A stretch of DNA of 63,995 bases, counting the filler, from Diploschistes diacapsis (Eukaryota): NCBI GenBank assembly GCA_023645945.1. It is 4 parts of 4 records of this genome, joined end to end, with 100 filler letters (N's around TTAATTAATTAA, not from the genome) between each part and the next. Parts side by side here need not be neighbours in the genome. Positions count along the whole stretch, not along the records: positions 33,352 to 49,901 come from JALAIB010000502.1; 3 more parts are not named here. The stretch is one strand, 5' to 3'. Made by a program: the position numbers and the translations under genes. The notes beneath the pieces are model-generated. The model searched no databases. It was not told where the DNA came from and worked only from the letters and a program-made list of their open reading frames with translations. This document shows, piece after piece, positions 35,109-47,401 of this stretch. The stretch's first letter is position 1. Every line of letters starts with the position of its first letter.

Positions 35109-37986
35109 TTACAGGCCATTCTCCGCCTTGAACTTGTCCCAGGCTTCATTCAACGTGCTGAAAACTGCTCCGCTAATCATAACCTGCTCTGTTGTTGCTG
35201 TAGTCGCTAACTTTATTTCAACGTTAGCAATGGTTCGCGGTTCGGGGTAGGCTCAAAGTCCCCCTTACCTTGTCAGGATGCACTTTAGCTATGCCCTTCA
35301 TATAGTTGACTTTGACCTTGTTTGGATTCAAGAGCTCGCCCATGCCAACCTTCTTCCAGCCCGAGTCAGCCCATAGTACCGTGTCCAAGCTTCCTAAAAG
35401 CGCCCGCAAATTACTTTCCTTTCCTTTACGCCACTGATCCACGCGATTTGCGACCGAGTCAGAAAGAGCAAACTTCTCATCATCAGCCTTAGCTGCTGCC
35501 TCATTAGCAGCACGCAAGCGTGTCACTGCCTCGGAAGAAGCTGCGTGTGGCAGCGGCGGTCGGCCGGAGAGGTCATCGAGTGCTGAGACGCGAGGTGCAA
35601 CTGATCCAGTAGCAGATTTCTTAGATGCCGGTGTGGGTTTACGAAACGCTGGCCGAGTGGATGGTTTGAGAGCTTTTTCACATCGATTTCGTCCCTGTAT
35701 GCTCGTGCTGCCACCAACGCCTGCCTCGACGCATTCTTTCCAGACTTGGGCGGCATCTTTCCAGCGCTCGAGCTGCTCAAGGGCTTCAGCCCGCCGCATC
35801 ATCGCTTTGCCCCAATAGGGTGACATATCCTTTTTGCCTTCGTCGCCACCACTATCAATACTCTCATCAATGCCCTTTGAAGGCCCAATAACTTGCAGCG
35901 CTGTATCAGCATCGACTATGCATTGCTTTGGGTCGCCAGTTTTTAGGTGGGTTAGTGCTCGGTTGGTGAGAAGAATGATGGCCAATGGGTGGTTTGGTGG
36001 AATGTCGCGTAAAGCCGAAGTATAAAACGAGGTAGCATCTGCATAGTTCCCGAGCTTGAAAGCTGCTGTGCCTGCAATACGATGGGAAGACAAGGACTGT
36101 AAAGCAACAGAAGATAGGGAAGGGATGTTTCGAGGAGGTGCTTTAGGTCTTGTAGGGAGTGGGGCCGACGGCCGGGTTACGGCCGGTCTTTGTGTTTGAG
36201 GTGATGGAGTGGCCGTAGAGGATATCGGAGGTATGGCTGGCTTGGATTGTTGAGAAGTGTTAAATAGAAGTTCTGGTTCTGGCTCTTGAGCCTTTGGAGT
36301 TGGCCTCTTCCGTCTCGCCGGGCTGACATATGCTTGGACTTGCTCTTCTTCCTTAATTCTGCGAGTTACCTTGGCGCGAGACTGCACAATACTTGCAGAC
36401 TGTCGTGCTGGCTGTTGTGGAGGAGTTGACTTCGATTCTACTATTGGCCGCGGCGATGTCGGCAAGAAAGGAGGCGTGGCCCTGACGTGCGTCCTCGATT
36501 TGGCAGGTTGGGGCCTCTCGCGACCCATCTCAAGGAGTACTGCTTCGTCTGTCATATCCATAGGAACAGCAGATGGTTTTCTTCTAGGCTCCTCACCATT
36601 TACCGCTGATTCCCTCCGTCCTAATGGTCGTGATAGCTCCTTTTGAGCAGAAGCATCCCTCATCCATTTGGGTTGAGACGAGTCGTTGTCGGCGTTGAAA
36701 TCTGCAACCGCTTTGTTAAGCTTCTTCTGGCCCGTCTTCCACAGAGAATTTGCCGTCTTGAAGAGATTATTGCCCAACTCGGAAGCATATTTGGCAGCAT
36801 CTTTGTCGGCTCCTGGAATCCTTCCGCTTTCACTACGTTGGCGAGACGATGACGGGCGTGATGATTGACGCATCCAAGCCGGCTCAGCTGAGCCCCCGTC
36901 AGCTGTCGCTATATCCGCCCTTGAGCCATGAATCCCTCTATCGACAGGCATATGGCTCTTGCCCCGCGATTCGGCGTGCGCCTGGTGCAGTAGCCAGCCA
37001 ACGGCAGCTTGGACGTCGAGACCGGTTTCAGTAGCGGCCAATGCTTCCCTAGACTTCTCTTGGGAAAATCCCATATCCACCAGCTCAGCAACAGCCTTGT
37101 CTACCGGATGATATTCGGTTGCGACCGAAGATGGAGAGCTAGGAGACTTTGGTGGGGGCAATTCAGAGACAGGCCTGCCGAGCAGACCAAGCACATCGTC
37201 GTCGTCTTCCAGCTGAACTGTTGGTCGAGAGCCTTGAGAACGTGTAGCGGCTTGCGGTTCGGGAGCTGTACCTAAGCCGAACGGATCGTCGTCATCCAAG
37301 ACGGTATTTTGAGACTGTTCCGCACTCGACGAGGTCGGGGGTACTGAAGGTGCCCCTGAAGACGACCTGGATGGATCGGGAACAGGAAAATAGGTAGATG
37401 CGTCAACAGGAGCAGAAGAGTTGAACGCAGCGAGGACATCATCTTCATCATCATCATAGTGGTTCTGATTCGCCTTGAGCTGCGAAGAATGCTCTCTGAT
37501 ACCACTCGAGTTGCTTAGGTTGGTCCGGAGCCGCTGACCACTGTCCTGACCCTGGAGTCCTGTAAAAGAGGCTGTAGCCAGCCCACTGGGGCTTGCCGTA
37601 CGGCTTGGCTGAGCGGACACGCTTGCGCTCCCGCTACCTCCAAAGTGTGCATCCCATCGCCTATGCTCATTGACCGCCTGCTTTTTTCTTTGTTCTTGAA
37701 GCAGATCCTGCTGTTCCCTTAGTGAGAGGTTCTTCGTCGACTGAGCGGCATTGAATGGCAGCAGGTTGGCAAAGCTATCGTTCTGTGATGTAGAAGTCTT
37801 GCCAAAGGCATTGGGAGTACCTGGAGGCTTGCCAGTGGCTGCTTGAGGCTGCAAAGTCAACGGTGTAGACCGTCCAGATAATGGGGGCGTAGGTCTCAGA
37901 GAAGGGTAGTTATTGGTATTGCTTGGAGGTTTGGTGGAAGACTGGTTATTCGGAGCATTCCAATCTAACCCAGTCAAATCATCCAT
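35109..37986 (-). CDS. SWA2: Auxilin-like clathrin uncoating factor (UBA-TPR-J domain)
   Basis: UBA domain (AELVDMGFS...AAVGWLL), TPRs (GTAAFKLGNY...LTNRAL), and J-domain HPDK followed by intron 35211-35268. Ends LNEAWDKFKAENGL*. Confidence 0.92.
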
Positions 37987-38853
37987 TGCCGAGCATGTTC
38001 AGACCCTGCTCCAAAGCCAGTCACGGATGCTCTCCCATTTTTAGTCTTTTGCCCGGAAAAGGAAGATGGGAACAGCCTTTGGTATGCGTTGTGGAAGTCA
38101 AGCATGCAGATTACTTTGCACTTGTTTTGTGCACTGGTTCAATACACCGTGTACGTTGGTAACTCCGGGCCTGAATTCCAAAGGCCGATCGATACTTACG
38201 TCCACAAAAATGTCGATGCCAATGCAGCAGGCCATAGATATATCTTGGCACACTCTGACGAGTATTCTAGTGAGAGTATTCTAGTGAGCGTGAGCTTGTT
38301 ACAAATTCAATAGAGTTCATTTTTGGGGGCAGTTATTCTGACCGAAATAAACGCTATTACATAAGTAAATTATCGGAGTTGACACTTCCGATCTTTCTGA
38401 ATTTTCTATGTCTTCCCACTACATCTCAATATACGTGCACGGTTTATTTCAAGCAAAGAATATCGAAGGTAACTGTTACTAGATTAAACTAATGATTCTG
38501 ATTCGAATGGTCATATTTGTTTTAAAGGAGCGTGGGTGTAAAAAAACTTATAATAAACATCACTTGAAAGACCCGCAAAAAGGGCGTAAAGGCTAATGGT
38601 ACAATATATATTTATTTCGGTCACAATAACTGCTCTGCAAAATTCGGAAAAAAAACTTCTTCACCAAATCTAGAGCTACACCGCAAATTACGGCAGTATC
38701 ATGAGCACTCCACTACAACTGCCTGCCAGCAAACAATAGAGCAGATACCCGGGCGGCTGTGCTGAGATGCGAATCACACTCCTTGTGACATGCTGCGGTA
38801 CTGACTGAAGCTCTGCACGGCCTCGACACAGTGCTCCGCTGCTCCTTCGAACC

Positions 38854-39532
38854 ATGAGCTCCTCAACATCCGATCGGCCCAGCTCCCTACCGACGAGGAC
38901 TACGACGACGACGACGACGACGACGACAATGAGCCCGTCACCCGCGCCACTCAATCCGCTGCCCAGCGACACCAGCACCGAGGCCGATCCGCCCAGGAAG
39001 CCCACCATCCTCGACGGCCTGAAGTCCGTTCACCCCTCGGACTTCGCCCAGGTCCACAAGACGCCATGCGCGCGCGAGTCCCTTCTGACGGGCATGGGTG
39101 CGGGCTTCGGCGTCGGAGGGCTGCGGCTTGTGTTCGGTGGTAAGAAACTCGTCCCCGAATCCTGTCCTCTTCGACTGCTTTCCCCCCCCCATCGCGCCCT
39201 TCGCCACTGACCGCGAACAACGTCCAGGCAACCCTTGGACGTCGATGACCTACGCCGTCTTCTCTTTCAGCCTTGTGTCGGCCGGTGCACACGCAATTTG
39301 CCAGAGGAGACGGCAACTGGAGCAGGCCAGCATGCAACGTGCGACGGAGATCATGGCGCGCAAGAAGGAGGAGAGGGCGATGAAGATGGCGGAGATGAAG
39401 GCTGAAAGGGAGAGGAGGCGGGAGGAGCACGAGAGGCAGAAGAGCGGCTGGGGGAGAATGACGGGGTGGTTTGGCGGCGGCGGCGGCGGCGGCGGCGCTA
39501 AGAGCGACGAGAATGGTGAGGGTAGGAAGTAG
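38854..39532 (+). CDS. COX20: Cytochrome c oxidase assembly protein Cox20
   Basis: VHKTPCARESLLTGMGAGFGVGGLR, intron 39140-39227, then a second TM segment, CQRRR and a charged tail. Confidence 0.85.
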
Positions 39533-40048
39533 AACATGCAATACAATACAAGGAGTTTGCCCGCGACTTTGCGAGTAGGGGAGAAAAGGGGACGAATGAT
39601 TTCTCGGGAAATGGCCGTGACCTTTGCGGAGGACTTGAGAACAGGCTTCTTTTGGGGGAGGCTTACAATTGCCCCAAATGTGTACGGATGTCTGGTTGAT
39701 GTCGGTCGCTATAACTTTGTTGGGATTGACGGTGCTTACACCGCCACCGTGAAATCGGACGGGCACCATGTTGGCTCTCGATAGCCTTTCATATAGCTCA
39801 GCACAGGAAGCTGGTAAGCTAGCCTCACCCTCGGTTATTCAAGTACGTATGCTAAGAATCACAGATTTTGCATACTAGCTCACAAGCTACATCATCCCTA
39901 AAAGTGCTGGCCCTAAATCCTCGCGGCATAATCTAATAATCATGAGAGCCACTGTCATATCCTGGATCGTTAAACGCCATAACCATAAAAGGCCGTTACA
40001 TGCCATAATCACAAGAGGCCGTTACCCGAACGAGAACATACACGCCGC

Positions 40049-40951
40049 TCATCCTTCGACAAACCTGACTCTTCTTGGAGTCTGTCCGGCCTTCTCCAGC
40101 CCGCCGGCAGACGACTTTCCGAGTCCTTTCCTCCTTTCAAATCTCCGCTGTCTGGCTTCCTTTGCTTCACGGCTTCTCCATTCGGCGAGCTGTTGCCTCC
40201 TCTTCTGGGCCCGCGCTTGTGCTATAGCAGGCGTGGGTCGAAATCCTATGCCATTAATCCCGTAGCCATCGTCGGCGGGATCAGTAGGATCGTGACCTGT
40301 TATTTCAGCGGCCGTCCAGGCCATGCTCGCGTGGGCCGCGGAGGCGTTTGGTGGTGGCGGCGATTTAATGCGAGGTGGGTGAGCAGATTGGTTCGGTTTC
40401 GAAGCTAGTGGACTCGACCCTGTTTCGAAACCTGGATGTGGGCTCGAGATGGGGAGAGGAGATATGACCTGGGGCACGCTCTGAAGCGTAGTAATCGGCC
40501 GAAGAGTTGGTGTTTGTGGCGGTGCAAGGTCTATGGTTGAAAGAGGTATCAACGGTGAGCTTGCAGAGGCTGCCGTCTTTACAGGAGCAACCTTATTTGT
40601 TGCACCATCGTATCTGGATGCTAGATCCTCCGTTGCTACTACTGGGTATTGCCCGATTGAGTTTCTGGTTTCGCCGGATTTTCCGAAACGTAGCACAGGC
40701 ACGCTGAAGTTAATATCTAGCTTTAGGGAGTTTAGCTGATCAGATACTTTTGTTCTCGGACTCGCTGGGTTGACTAGGTCTTCAGTAACGTCGATCAGTG
40801 GCCGTGAAGGAAGCTCTGTCCGAAGCCGCATGGGGCTCCCGTCGCGGCCTTGGGTGTCATCATGATCTCGCTTTCTTTTTGGTGAAGGGAAATTTATCGG
40901 GATGTCTAAAGCCGGACTTGGTTCGTGTAGTGAGTGTGATGTGGAGGTCAT
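40049..40951 (-). CDS. Conserved-looking fungal hypothetical protein (Pro/Ser-rich, basic C-terminus)
   Basis: 300-codon ORF with NLS-like PKRKR and block WTAAEITGHDPTDPADDGYGINGIGFRPTPAIAQARAQKRRQQLAEWRSREAKEARQRR. Ends RRVRFVEG*. Confidence 0.75.
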   Translation of the reverse strand: MTSTSHSLHEPSPALDIPINFPSPKRKRDHDDTQGRDGSPMRLRTELPSRPLIDVTEDLVNPASPRTKVSDQLNSLKLDINFSVPVLRFGKSGETRNSIGQYPVVATEDLASRYDGATNKVAPVKTAASASSPLIPLSTIDLAPPQTPTLRPITTLQSVPQVISPLPISSPHPGFETGSSPLASKPNQSAHPPRIKSPPPPNASAAHASMAWTAAEITGHDPTDPADDGYGINGIGFRPTPAIAQARAQKRRQQLAEWRSREAKEARQRRFERRKGLGKSSAGGLEKAGQTPRRVRFVEG

Positions 40952-41808
40952 TCTGGGAAATGTTATGAGGAAGTCAAGTTCCTTCTGAAGAGAAAGGTAT
41001 TGCTCGGGGTGATTGCAGGTATAGTGATTGCGGCTCTTGGTGGTGCTGTCAATTCCCCTCTGTTGATTTGGTACCGAATCGACGATTCAGCCCTCATTTG
41101 CTAAAAACGAGATATGCATGTGGCCACCATCGGTCTGATCAGCTCCACGTGGAGTTTCTTTTGACTCAAGCCAGTAATTGGAGCTTCTGCGCTAATGTTG
41201 TCAGCGCCAAAGTAGGCTTGCTGGCTAGCTCAGAAGACCCGATTATGATTATTCCGGTTGATCGACCTGCTTCGGATATCTGGGCACGGCTGTTCAAGAA
41301 AGTGATAGACCGATAAGTGCAGGGAAGAGTCAAGGGAAGAGTTGAGGGAGTCTCACCACACTGCGTTATTGCGTATTGCATATTGAGCGATATCCAAATG
41401 CTAGTCTTCTTCACACTTGATCTCGAGAGTGACCTTTCGCTGCTGTTGTGTACTAGTAATTGGGGACACCCGTCAATTCAGCCTTAAAGAAGGCTTTAGT
41501 TCTTCTGTTAAAGAACGGCCAAGTGTGATACAGAGGTGGGTAAGAATGCTGCGTTATCTCTTCTGTTTATATGATTATATGATTATATGACAGATTGAAC
41601 CCAGGAAGTACCTAGACACCTACGGTCTGTGAGATCTGGTGGCAACGGCGCGTCCGATTGCTAGCAAAATTGCGGACAGAGCTTCTTTCGTCTACACCAC
41701 GATTCGACTTCTCTTATTTATGTACCTCTATCAGTCTTCCGCTTAGGTCTTCGATCGTGTATATACTACTATCAATCTCGTTGACGCTTTCTATTCTCTC
41801 CCCACGTC

Positions 41809-42804
41809 ATGAGGTTCCGGATAAGAGGTCCTAGTGGGCAAAGCACTGCAACATTGTCGAGTGATGCCACCATAGAGGATCTCAAGATTAAGATCATAGA
41901 AAGTACTTCGATATCGAGCTTTGATGTCAAATACGGATACCCTCCGAAAGAGCTGAATCTGAACGCTCACGCGGATGATGCCCCTGTCTCGGAGCTTCAT
42001 CTCGATGGCGAGCAGCTCATAATCAGTGAAATACCAGGAGCAGCTTCTTCGAAAGATACTAGACCAAAGCCACCAAACGCATCTTCTGCCGCTCTCCAGC
42101 AAGACACGAACGCCGCTGCGCCCTTATCTCTCTCGCGCAAGCAACCCTCTGAGGACCCCCCCGAGCTTCCGATGCCTTCTCATAGCTCAACTCTCGTTCT
42201 ACGAATAATGCCCGATGATAACTCCTGCCTCTTTCGAGCCTTCAACTCCGCATACTTCGGTCTCATGGACAACATGCATGAACTTAGATCGATAATCGCA
42301 CAAGCAATCCAACAGGATCCAGATACCTACTCCGCGGTCGTTCTAGAGAGGGCGCCCGACGACTATTGTCGCTGGATCCAGCATCCAGACTCCTGGGGCG
42401 GACAGATAGAGCTGCAGATCCTCAGCCAGCACTTCGACGTCGAAGTCTGCAGCATCGACGTGCAGACGCTGCGGGTGGATCGCTACAACGAAGGACAACC
42501 GAGGCGGTGTATCCTTGTCTACTCGGGCATTCACTACGACGTGGTGGCCCTTTCGCCTTCGGACCCTCCTTTCAACCACTCCTGTGCTCCGCCTGATCTT
42601 GATGTTAAAGTTTTTGAAGCATACGACGACGACATAATCGACAGGGCGAAGGAGCTTTGTAAGATCCTCCAGGGAAGGGGCTACTATACGGACACAGCAG
42701 GCTTCGGCGTTCGATGTGATGATTGCGGGGCCACGTTCACAGGCGAAAAGGGCGCGACGGAGCATGCGATGAGCACTGGCCATATGAATTTCGGTGAGGC
42801 GTAA
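41809..42804 (+). CDS. OTU1: OTU-family deubiquitinase Otu1/YOD1
   Basis: N-terminal UBX-like MRFRIRGPSG...YGYPPK, catalytic PDDNSCLF, WGGQIEL and YSGIHYD, and a C-terminal C2H2 finger (CDDC...HAMSTGH). Confidence 0.95.
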   Translation: MRFRIRGPSGQSTATLSSDATIEDLKIKIIESTSISSFDVKYGYPPKELNLNAHADDAPVSELHLDGEQLIISEIPGAASSKDTRPKPPNASSAALQQDTNAAAPLSLSRKQPSEDPPELPMPSHSSTLVLRIMPDDNSCLFRAFNSAYFGLMDNMHELRSIIAQAIQQDPDTYSAVVLERAPDDYCRWIQHPDSWGGQIELQILSQHFDVEVCSIDVQTLRVDRYNEGQPRRCILVYSGIHYDVVALSPSDPPFNHSCAPPDLDVKVFEAYDDDIIDRAKELCKILQGRGYYTDTAGFGVRCDDCGATFTGEKGATEHAMSTGHMNFGEA

Positions 42805-43150
42805 CCTCTTGGTTCTCTGTTGTCATCACCATGAAAAACAAGTACACGGTGTGATTAAACAATTCATGCATGCTCCTTGGAGTGGCTTCGTAGAGCGTAG
42901 AGCGACCATGCGCTCATACATTAACCACCTAATTCAATCATAAACTTTTCCCCCACGCTATGCACCCATAAGGAACGGCCCGAATGCAAACATGCGATGC
43001 CGTCCACCCGCACAATCCGGGCGAGAGCAGGCCATCACCACCTAAAAGGGCCGTGCAGCTCAAAGCACGGAACCAGAAAGCAAAAGGGGTATCTCAAATC
43101 CAATTCACAAAAGCCCAAACGTTTATGTCCCGCAGGAATTCCGCAACCCT

Positions 43151-46100
43151 TCAAACAGCCACTCGCTTACTCCGCGAAGCTTCCATCTCGCCCATTCCAC
43201 CCCTGCCTGCGTCCTCTGCGTCCTCCTGATCGTCGTTATTTGAGTATAAAGAGTCTTCGTACTTTCTCTTGACGCCATGGTTGGAATTCTCGTTCAGAGA
43301 GCTCGGCAAGACCCCCTTGTCGTTGTTTGAACGGGCGGTATCGCCGGGCCTGGAAGGTGGTGGTGGTGGTGGTGGTGATGTTGATGATGATGATACGGGC
43401 GGCGGCGGCGGTCGGGCGCTGTTCGAAGCCTGTCCCAGTTGCTGGAGTAGAGATAGTAGCTGACTCTTCTCGTCCGGGGCAAGAGGCTTTGAAGTCGAGG
43501 TAGAAGGTTCTGCTTTGCTAGACACTCCGGTGCTGGGCGCGGACGTGGGTCGTGACTGCGCGGATTGTGGTGCAGTGACTGGAGAAAGGGTCGGAGCAAC
43601 GGGAAATGTTGAAGCCTCATCATTCGAAGCCTGAAGAACTTCGCTAGATGATGTTGCCACGTGTAAATTTGATTTCATCTTGATGCTTTGCTCCTGCGGG
43701 TCTTCGATCCCGGGTGGGACTACGTGTTCTTCAGGCTCCGTCTGCTTCTCCACGTTCGTAGTGTGCGATGTTGAATGTCCATGCGTAACCGTAGGCTCGG
43801 CAGCCTTCTGGTCTTTCTCCCACTGCTCCCTTTCTCGCCGTTGCACTTCCTGCCTTTCCATTTCTTGTTGCTCCGTTTCCCTTATTTGATCGAGCAACTT
43901 GCGCAAAGCATCCATTATCACCTTCTCTTCTGGATACTCTTTCTGTTTGAGTTGAGGAGGATAAATTCCCAGCGTACGATTGATCGAGTGCGCCACGATG
44001 TCTTCTGCATGTGGGACATTTGACATGGAGTCGATCATGATCGACCTAAATCTGTTAACAGCGTCCAAGGTCTTTTCGGAGAGCGGTCCAGAAGGACCTA
44101 AAGGTGTTGTGAAAGGCGCTGTTGCTTTGCCCGACTCTGATTGATGAGGTGCGCCGGAGACCGGCGGCTTCAGAGAGAAACCATGGCTCTGCTCGGTAGG
44201 GTTCCTAGGATTACCAGCGTCACTGCCTGTAGGCTTTCCTACACCGTTCGGAACCTGTACGCGTTCGCGTGCTCCAGACTTGAGGTTTTCATTGTCTTGG
44301 CGTGTCGTCTGAACGTCAGCAGACTGAGGCGCTGATGTGTATGGCGATTGGTACGTGGAGCCTGTGTCATTCTGAGGAATGGGTAAAGGTAGTCCGTTGA
44401 GGCCTCTCACGACTGTTGGCGACCGAAAGCCATTACCAGGCATTGGGGGGTAGATATATTGACCCTGGGCAGCTGCTCTGCTGTTACCATGCTGATCAAC
44501 AACCCCTTGGTAAGGGAAAGGAGGGCGAAACATGTTTGGTGCCGGGGGGTAGTAATTGTTTTGGGTTATTGGAGGTGAAGGTCTCCGTGGCCGCTTCTCT
44601 TTCTCAATAGACACTTCTGGCACAAGACCCCACATCCATCCTTTCCCTTCCCTTTCAACCTTGCGGAACGCCGGATGCTGAGACAGATTGTGCCTGATGC
44701 TACTTTGCCAGCCAACAGTCTGTACTTTGAATTTGAAATAAGGATACCGCCTTTCGATTGCTTTGTAGATTAGGGGTAAAGACATCTGACCTGTAGGTGC
44801 ATTGGTGAGGGCCTCATGGATTAGAACAACGTATGATTGTTGCGGCTTGGCGAGTTGTTCTGCGGTGAGCATTGCCTCGTCGATGAACGGGGAGGGAGAT
44901 TTTGGTGGCTTTGGCTTCTTCTCCTTTGGCAATTTTGGGCCCGAGCTGGATGCCTGGGCGAAGGTTGGAGGATCCGACCCTTCGATAGATTCGCGAACAT
45001 CGCCATCGTCGCCCTGGCCCTCAAATTTCTTGTGCTTGGCATATTTTCGTTTATCCAATGCAGCGATGTCAAGGGAATTCTTGATTGCCTCGAGATCGAG
45101 GTTTCCGTCAGCAGCAGCCTGTGCTTTAGCTGCTTCCCTGGCCTGTTTCTTTAGGCTTGCCTCTTCGCGTTTCGACATGAATCCATTCTTTGGAGGTCGA
45201 CCAGGGCCTTTTCTTCGGGGAGGAATCATGGAAAATGGGATGCCCAAACCAAGAGCCTTTATAGCTTGCTCTTCAAGCTCTTCTTTCCGCTCCTCCTCCG
45301 TTGACACTGATTCCTTGTCTTTGCCGCCTGTCTTTGATCCAGCTTTGAGCTTCAACTTGATTTTGATCTTGGAGGCTGGCCCCTTTTCCACCGAAAGCTT
45401 TGATTTTTGTGAGTTCTTGGCTGAGGGTTTGGACTCCTTGCCTTTGAACTTTTCAAGCTTGCGAAGCGCCCTGCCATTACGAATGTTCTCTTTGTCGTGG
45501 CCACTTTCGTCGGCTTCGTCCGATTGACTACTGCCCGCCGAGCTTTCTATCATAGCTTTTGAAGAAGAGCTGCTTCTCTCGTCAATCTCACTCGAGTCGG
45601 ATTCATCTGTATCGGCCATCGCTACGCTCGCCCCTCTTCCGTCCTCAAAGTCAAAACTCATGGCAGATTGGGCTTCCGAGCCTTGAGTGCCTTCCGCGCC
45701 CGTCTCACCTAACGCAACATTGGGTAAAACAAAGCGAATGCCGACTCCGCCAATCTGTATGTAACTACCGTTGTACAATTCTGTAATCTCACCGTAGGCA
45801 TGATGCGCTTCATCAACAAAAGCGCCATTCCGCCCTTTGACTTCCATTTCAAACAATCTTCTCTCAAAGTTATATGCAATGCGCACGTGCCTTCGAGATA
45901 TTCCACGGTGGCCGGTAATGGCACCATCGGCTGTTGCAGGCGGGTGAATCGGTATCAGGGGGCATTCTTCGGGTGAGGGCATCAATGCTGAAGGGTTAAC
46001 GGGTTGAGCTGCGTAGGTGAATGGCTTGACTGGCGATTCCTGGCGGGTTTGCTGAAATTCTGCGCCGTTCATGAAGCTCTTATTCGGAACATAACGGGAA

Positions 46101-46948
46101 GAGGAGCCTTCGGATTTAGTTTTCCTGTTCGTTGGTCGCTTCTTGACATCCGAGTCGTAAGGATCGTAATTGAGTATTCCGCCACTCTCACTTACCACAC
46201 TGCTTGCCGTTTTCTTATAGTCACCGCTCCTTAACCTGAGAGGACCATGGGCCGCATCGACACTACTGTTACTCCGGTGTCTGCTTTGGCTCGAAGGTGG
46301 TTGATCTGGGTTGTGATTCCCTTGAAGATCTTGCTGAAAAGCCTTGCGGGCGGCGTGAATGTCTCTTCCGAGCTCCACGGCGTATGTGTTCATATAGAAC
46401 TGGCCATCATCGAACTCCAGCTTCGCAAAAGCTTGAATTCGCGGTGCTTCAGATCCTATGGCTGATGTTGGGACATCAGCGAACGACATGCTGTCTTCGA
46501 GCGGCTCGCTTGATTGGAGCGACAAAAAATCAAGGCTAATATCATGATGGAAGCCTCTCTCACCCGTAACGGGCATCGACGGCATAGGTTCTGTGTGAGC
46601 AACGCCCTGCGGTATTCGTGCTGCTTCCTGCTCCAGTTCCGGCAGAGGTTGTGTGGAGTGACCTTCTTGCATTGTGTCCTCGACAAAATTTCTGCCTGTA
46701 CCCACGGCTTCTTGCAAGTGTTCCTCCATAGGGAAGAGGCTATCCAGCAGAGCAGTGCTGCCCGCGATACTCCCGGCATCCCTATTCCTGTTGTCATTCA
46801 CAGGGTGTGGGGAGCTTCTGAGGTCGCTGGTCTTGATTCCATATTCTGCGCTGGGAGATGGAGAGAGCGATTGTCGTGGTGACACATGTTCTCTGTCAAG
46901 CCATGGTGCACCGCCATTGGCGCCAGGCGTCAAGCTTGGTTCCTCCAT
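43151..46948 (-). CDS. FHL1: Forkhead + FHA transcription factor (Fhl1-like)
   Basis: First ATG at 46948 (MEEPSLTPG). FHA: AFAKLEFDDGQFYMNTY...LGR...GISRRH...GRNG. AT-hook-like GPGRPPK. Forkhead: KPQQSYVVLIHEAL...GWQSSIRHNLS. Confidence 0.9.
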   Translation of the reverse strand: MEEPSLTPGANGGAPWLDREHVSPRQSLSPSPSAEYGIKTSDLRSSPHPVNDNRNRDAGSIAGSTALLDSLFPMEEHLQEAVGTGRNFVEDTMQEGHSTQPLPELEQEAARIPQGVAHTEPMPSMPVTGERGFHHDISLDFLSLQSSEPLEDSMSFADVPTSAIGSEAPRIQAFAKLEFDDGQFYMNTYAVELGRDIHAARKAFQQDLQGNHNPDQPPSSQSRHRSNSSVDAAHGPLRLRSGDYKKTASSVVSESGGILNYDPYDSDVKKRPTNRKTKSEGSSSRYVPNKSFMNGAEFQQTRQESPVKPFTYAAQPVNPSALMPSPEECPLIPIHPPATADGAITGHRGISRRHVRIAYNFERRLFEMEVKGRNGAFVDEAHHAYGEITELYNGSYIQIGGVGIRFVLPNVALGETGAEGTQGSEAQSAMSFDFEDGRGASVAMADTDESDSSEIDERSSSSSKAMIESSAGSSQSDEADESGHDKENIRNGRALRKLEKFKGKESKPSAKNSQKSKLSVEKGPASKIKIKLKLKAGSKTGGKDKESVSTEEERKEELEEQAIKALGLGIPFSMIPPRRKGPGRPPKNGFMSKREEASLKKQAREAAKAQAAADGNLDLEAIKNSLDIAALDKRKYAKHKKFEGQGDDGDVRESIEGSDPPTFAQASSSGPKLPKEKKPKPPKSPSPFIDEAMLTAEQLAKPQQSYVVLIHEALTNAPTGQMSLPLIYKAIERRYPYFKFKVQTVGWQSSIRHNLSQHPAFRKVEREGKGWMWGLVPEVSIEKEKRPRRPSPPITQNNYYPPAPNMFRPPFPYQGVVDQHGNSRAAAQGQYIYPPMPGNGFRSPTVVRGLNGLPLPIPQNDTGSTYQSPYTSAPQSADVQTTRQDNENLKSGARERVQVPNGVGKPTGSDAGNPRNPTEQSHGFSLKPPVSGAPHQSESGKATAPFTTPLGPSGPLSEKTLDAVNRFRSIMIDSMSNVPHAEDIVAHSINRTLGIYPPQLKQKEYPEEKVIMDALRKLLDQIRETEQQEMERQEVQRREREQWEKDQKAAEPTVTHGHSTSHTTNVEKQTEPEEHVVPPGIEDPQEQSIKMKSNLHVATSSSEVLQASNDEASTFPVAPTLSPVTAPQSAQSRPTSAPSTGVSSKAEPSTSTSKPLAPDEKSQLLSLLQQLGQASNSARPPPPPVSSSSTSPPPPPPPSRPGDTARSNNDKGVLPSSLNENSNHGVKRKYEDSLYSNNDDQEDAEDAGRGGMGEMEASRSKRVAV

Positions 46949-47401
46949 TATCACTTTCTCTTTCTGCGCATTGCAAGAGGGCTGCGAAAGTTTGGGAGAC
47001 TGCCAGTGTGAACGACGAAGCGGAGATTGACATGAATCTTTTGGAGCGGCCAGACTAGTATTCAGTACGGGCAAAGAAAATGGGTTCAGTTGTTCCCTAC
47101 GGAAAGGTCGGTCAAGTAGAGTAATTTGAGAGTAATGAGTAACATTGATTTTTTTGGTTCTCGATTCTCCGCCTTTTGTTTTTTTGGACGGACCGAAGAA
47201 ACACTTAACCACCGGGAAACCTTACACTCTGACCAGCGACAGCCCCAAGCCGTTCACAGTACGGAGATACAGTTGTGTATGTAGTGTTAAGACTCACTAT
47301 ATACTATAATACCAGGTTCCTGCACAGATGGTATGCAGATCGCTGCTACTAGACTGTGGGATCACTACCAGCGCTACTAACCTTAGTCCGAAAGCTTTTC
47401 A

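Noticed and set aside
38260..38289. Short direct duplication GAGTATTCTAGTGA(G) x2, and (TTATATGA)x3 near 41566-41590
   Set aside because: These are simple slippage-type duplications with no further supporting structure.
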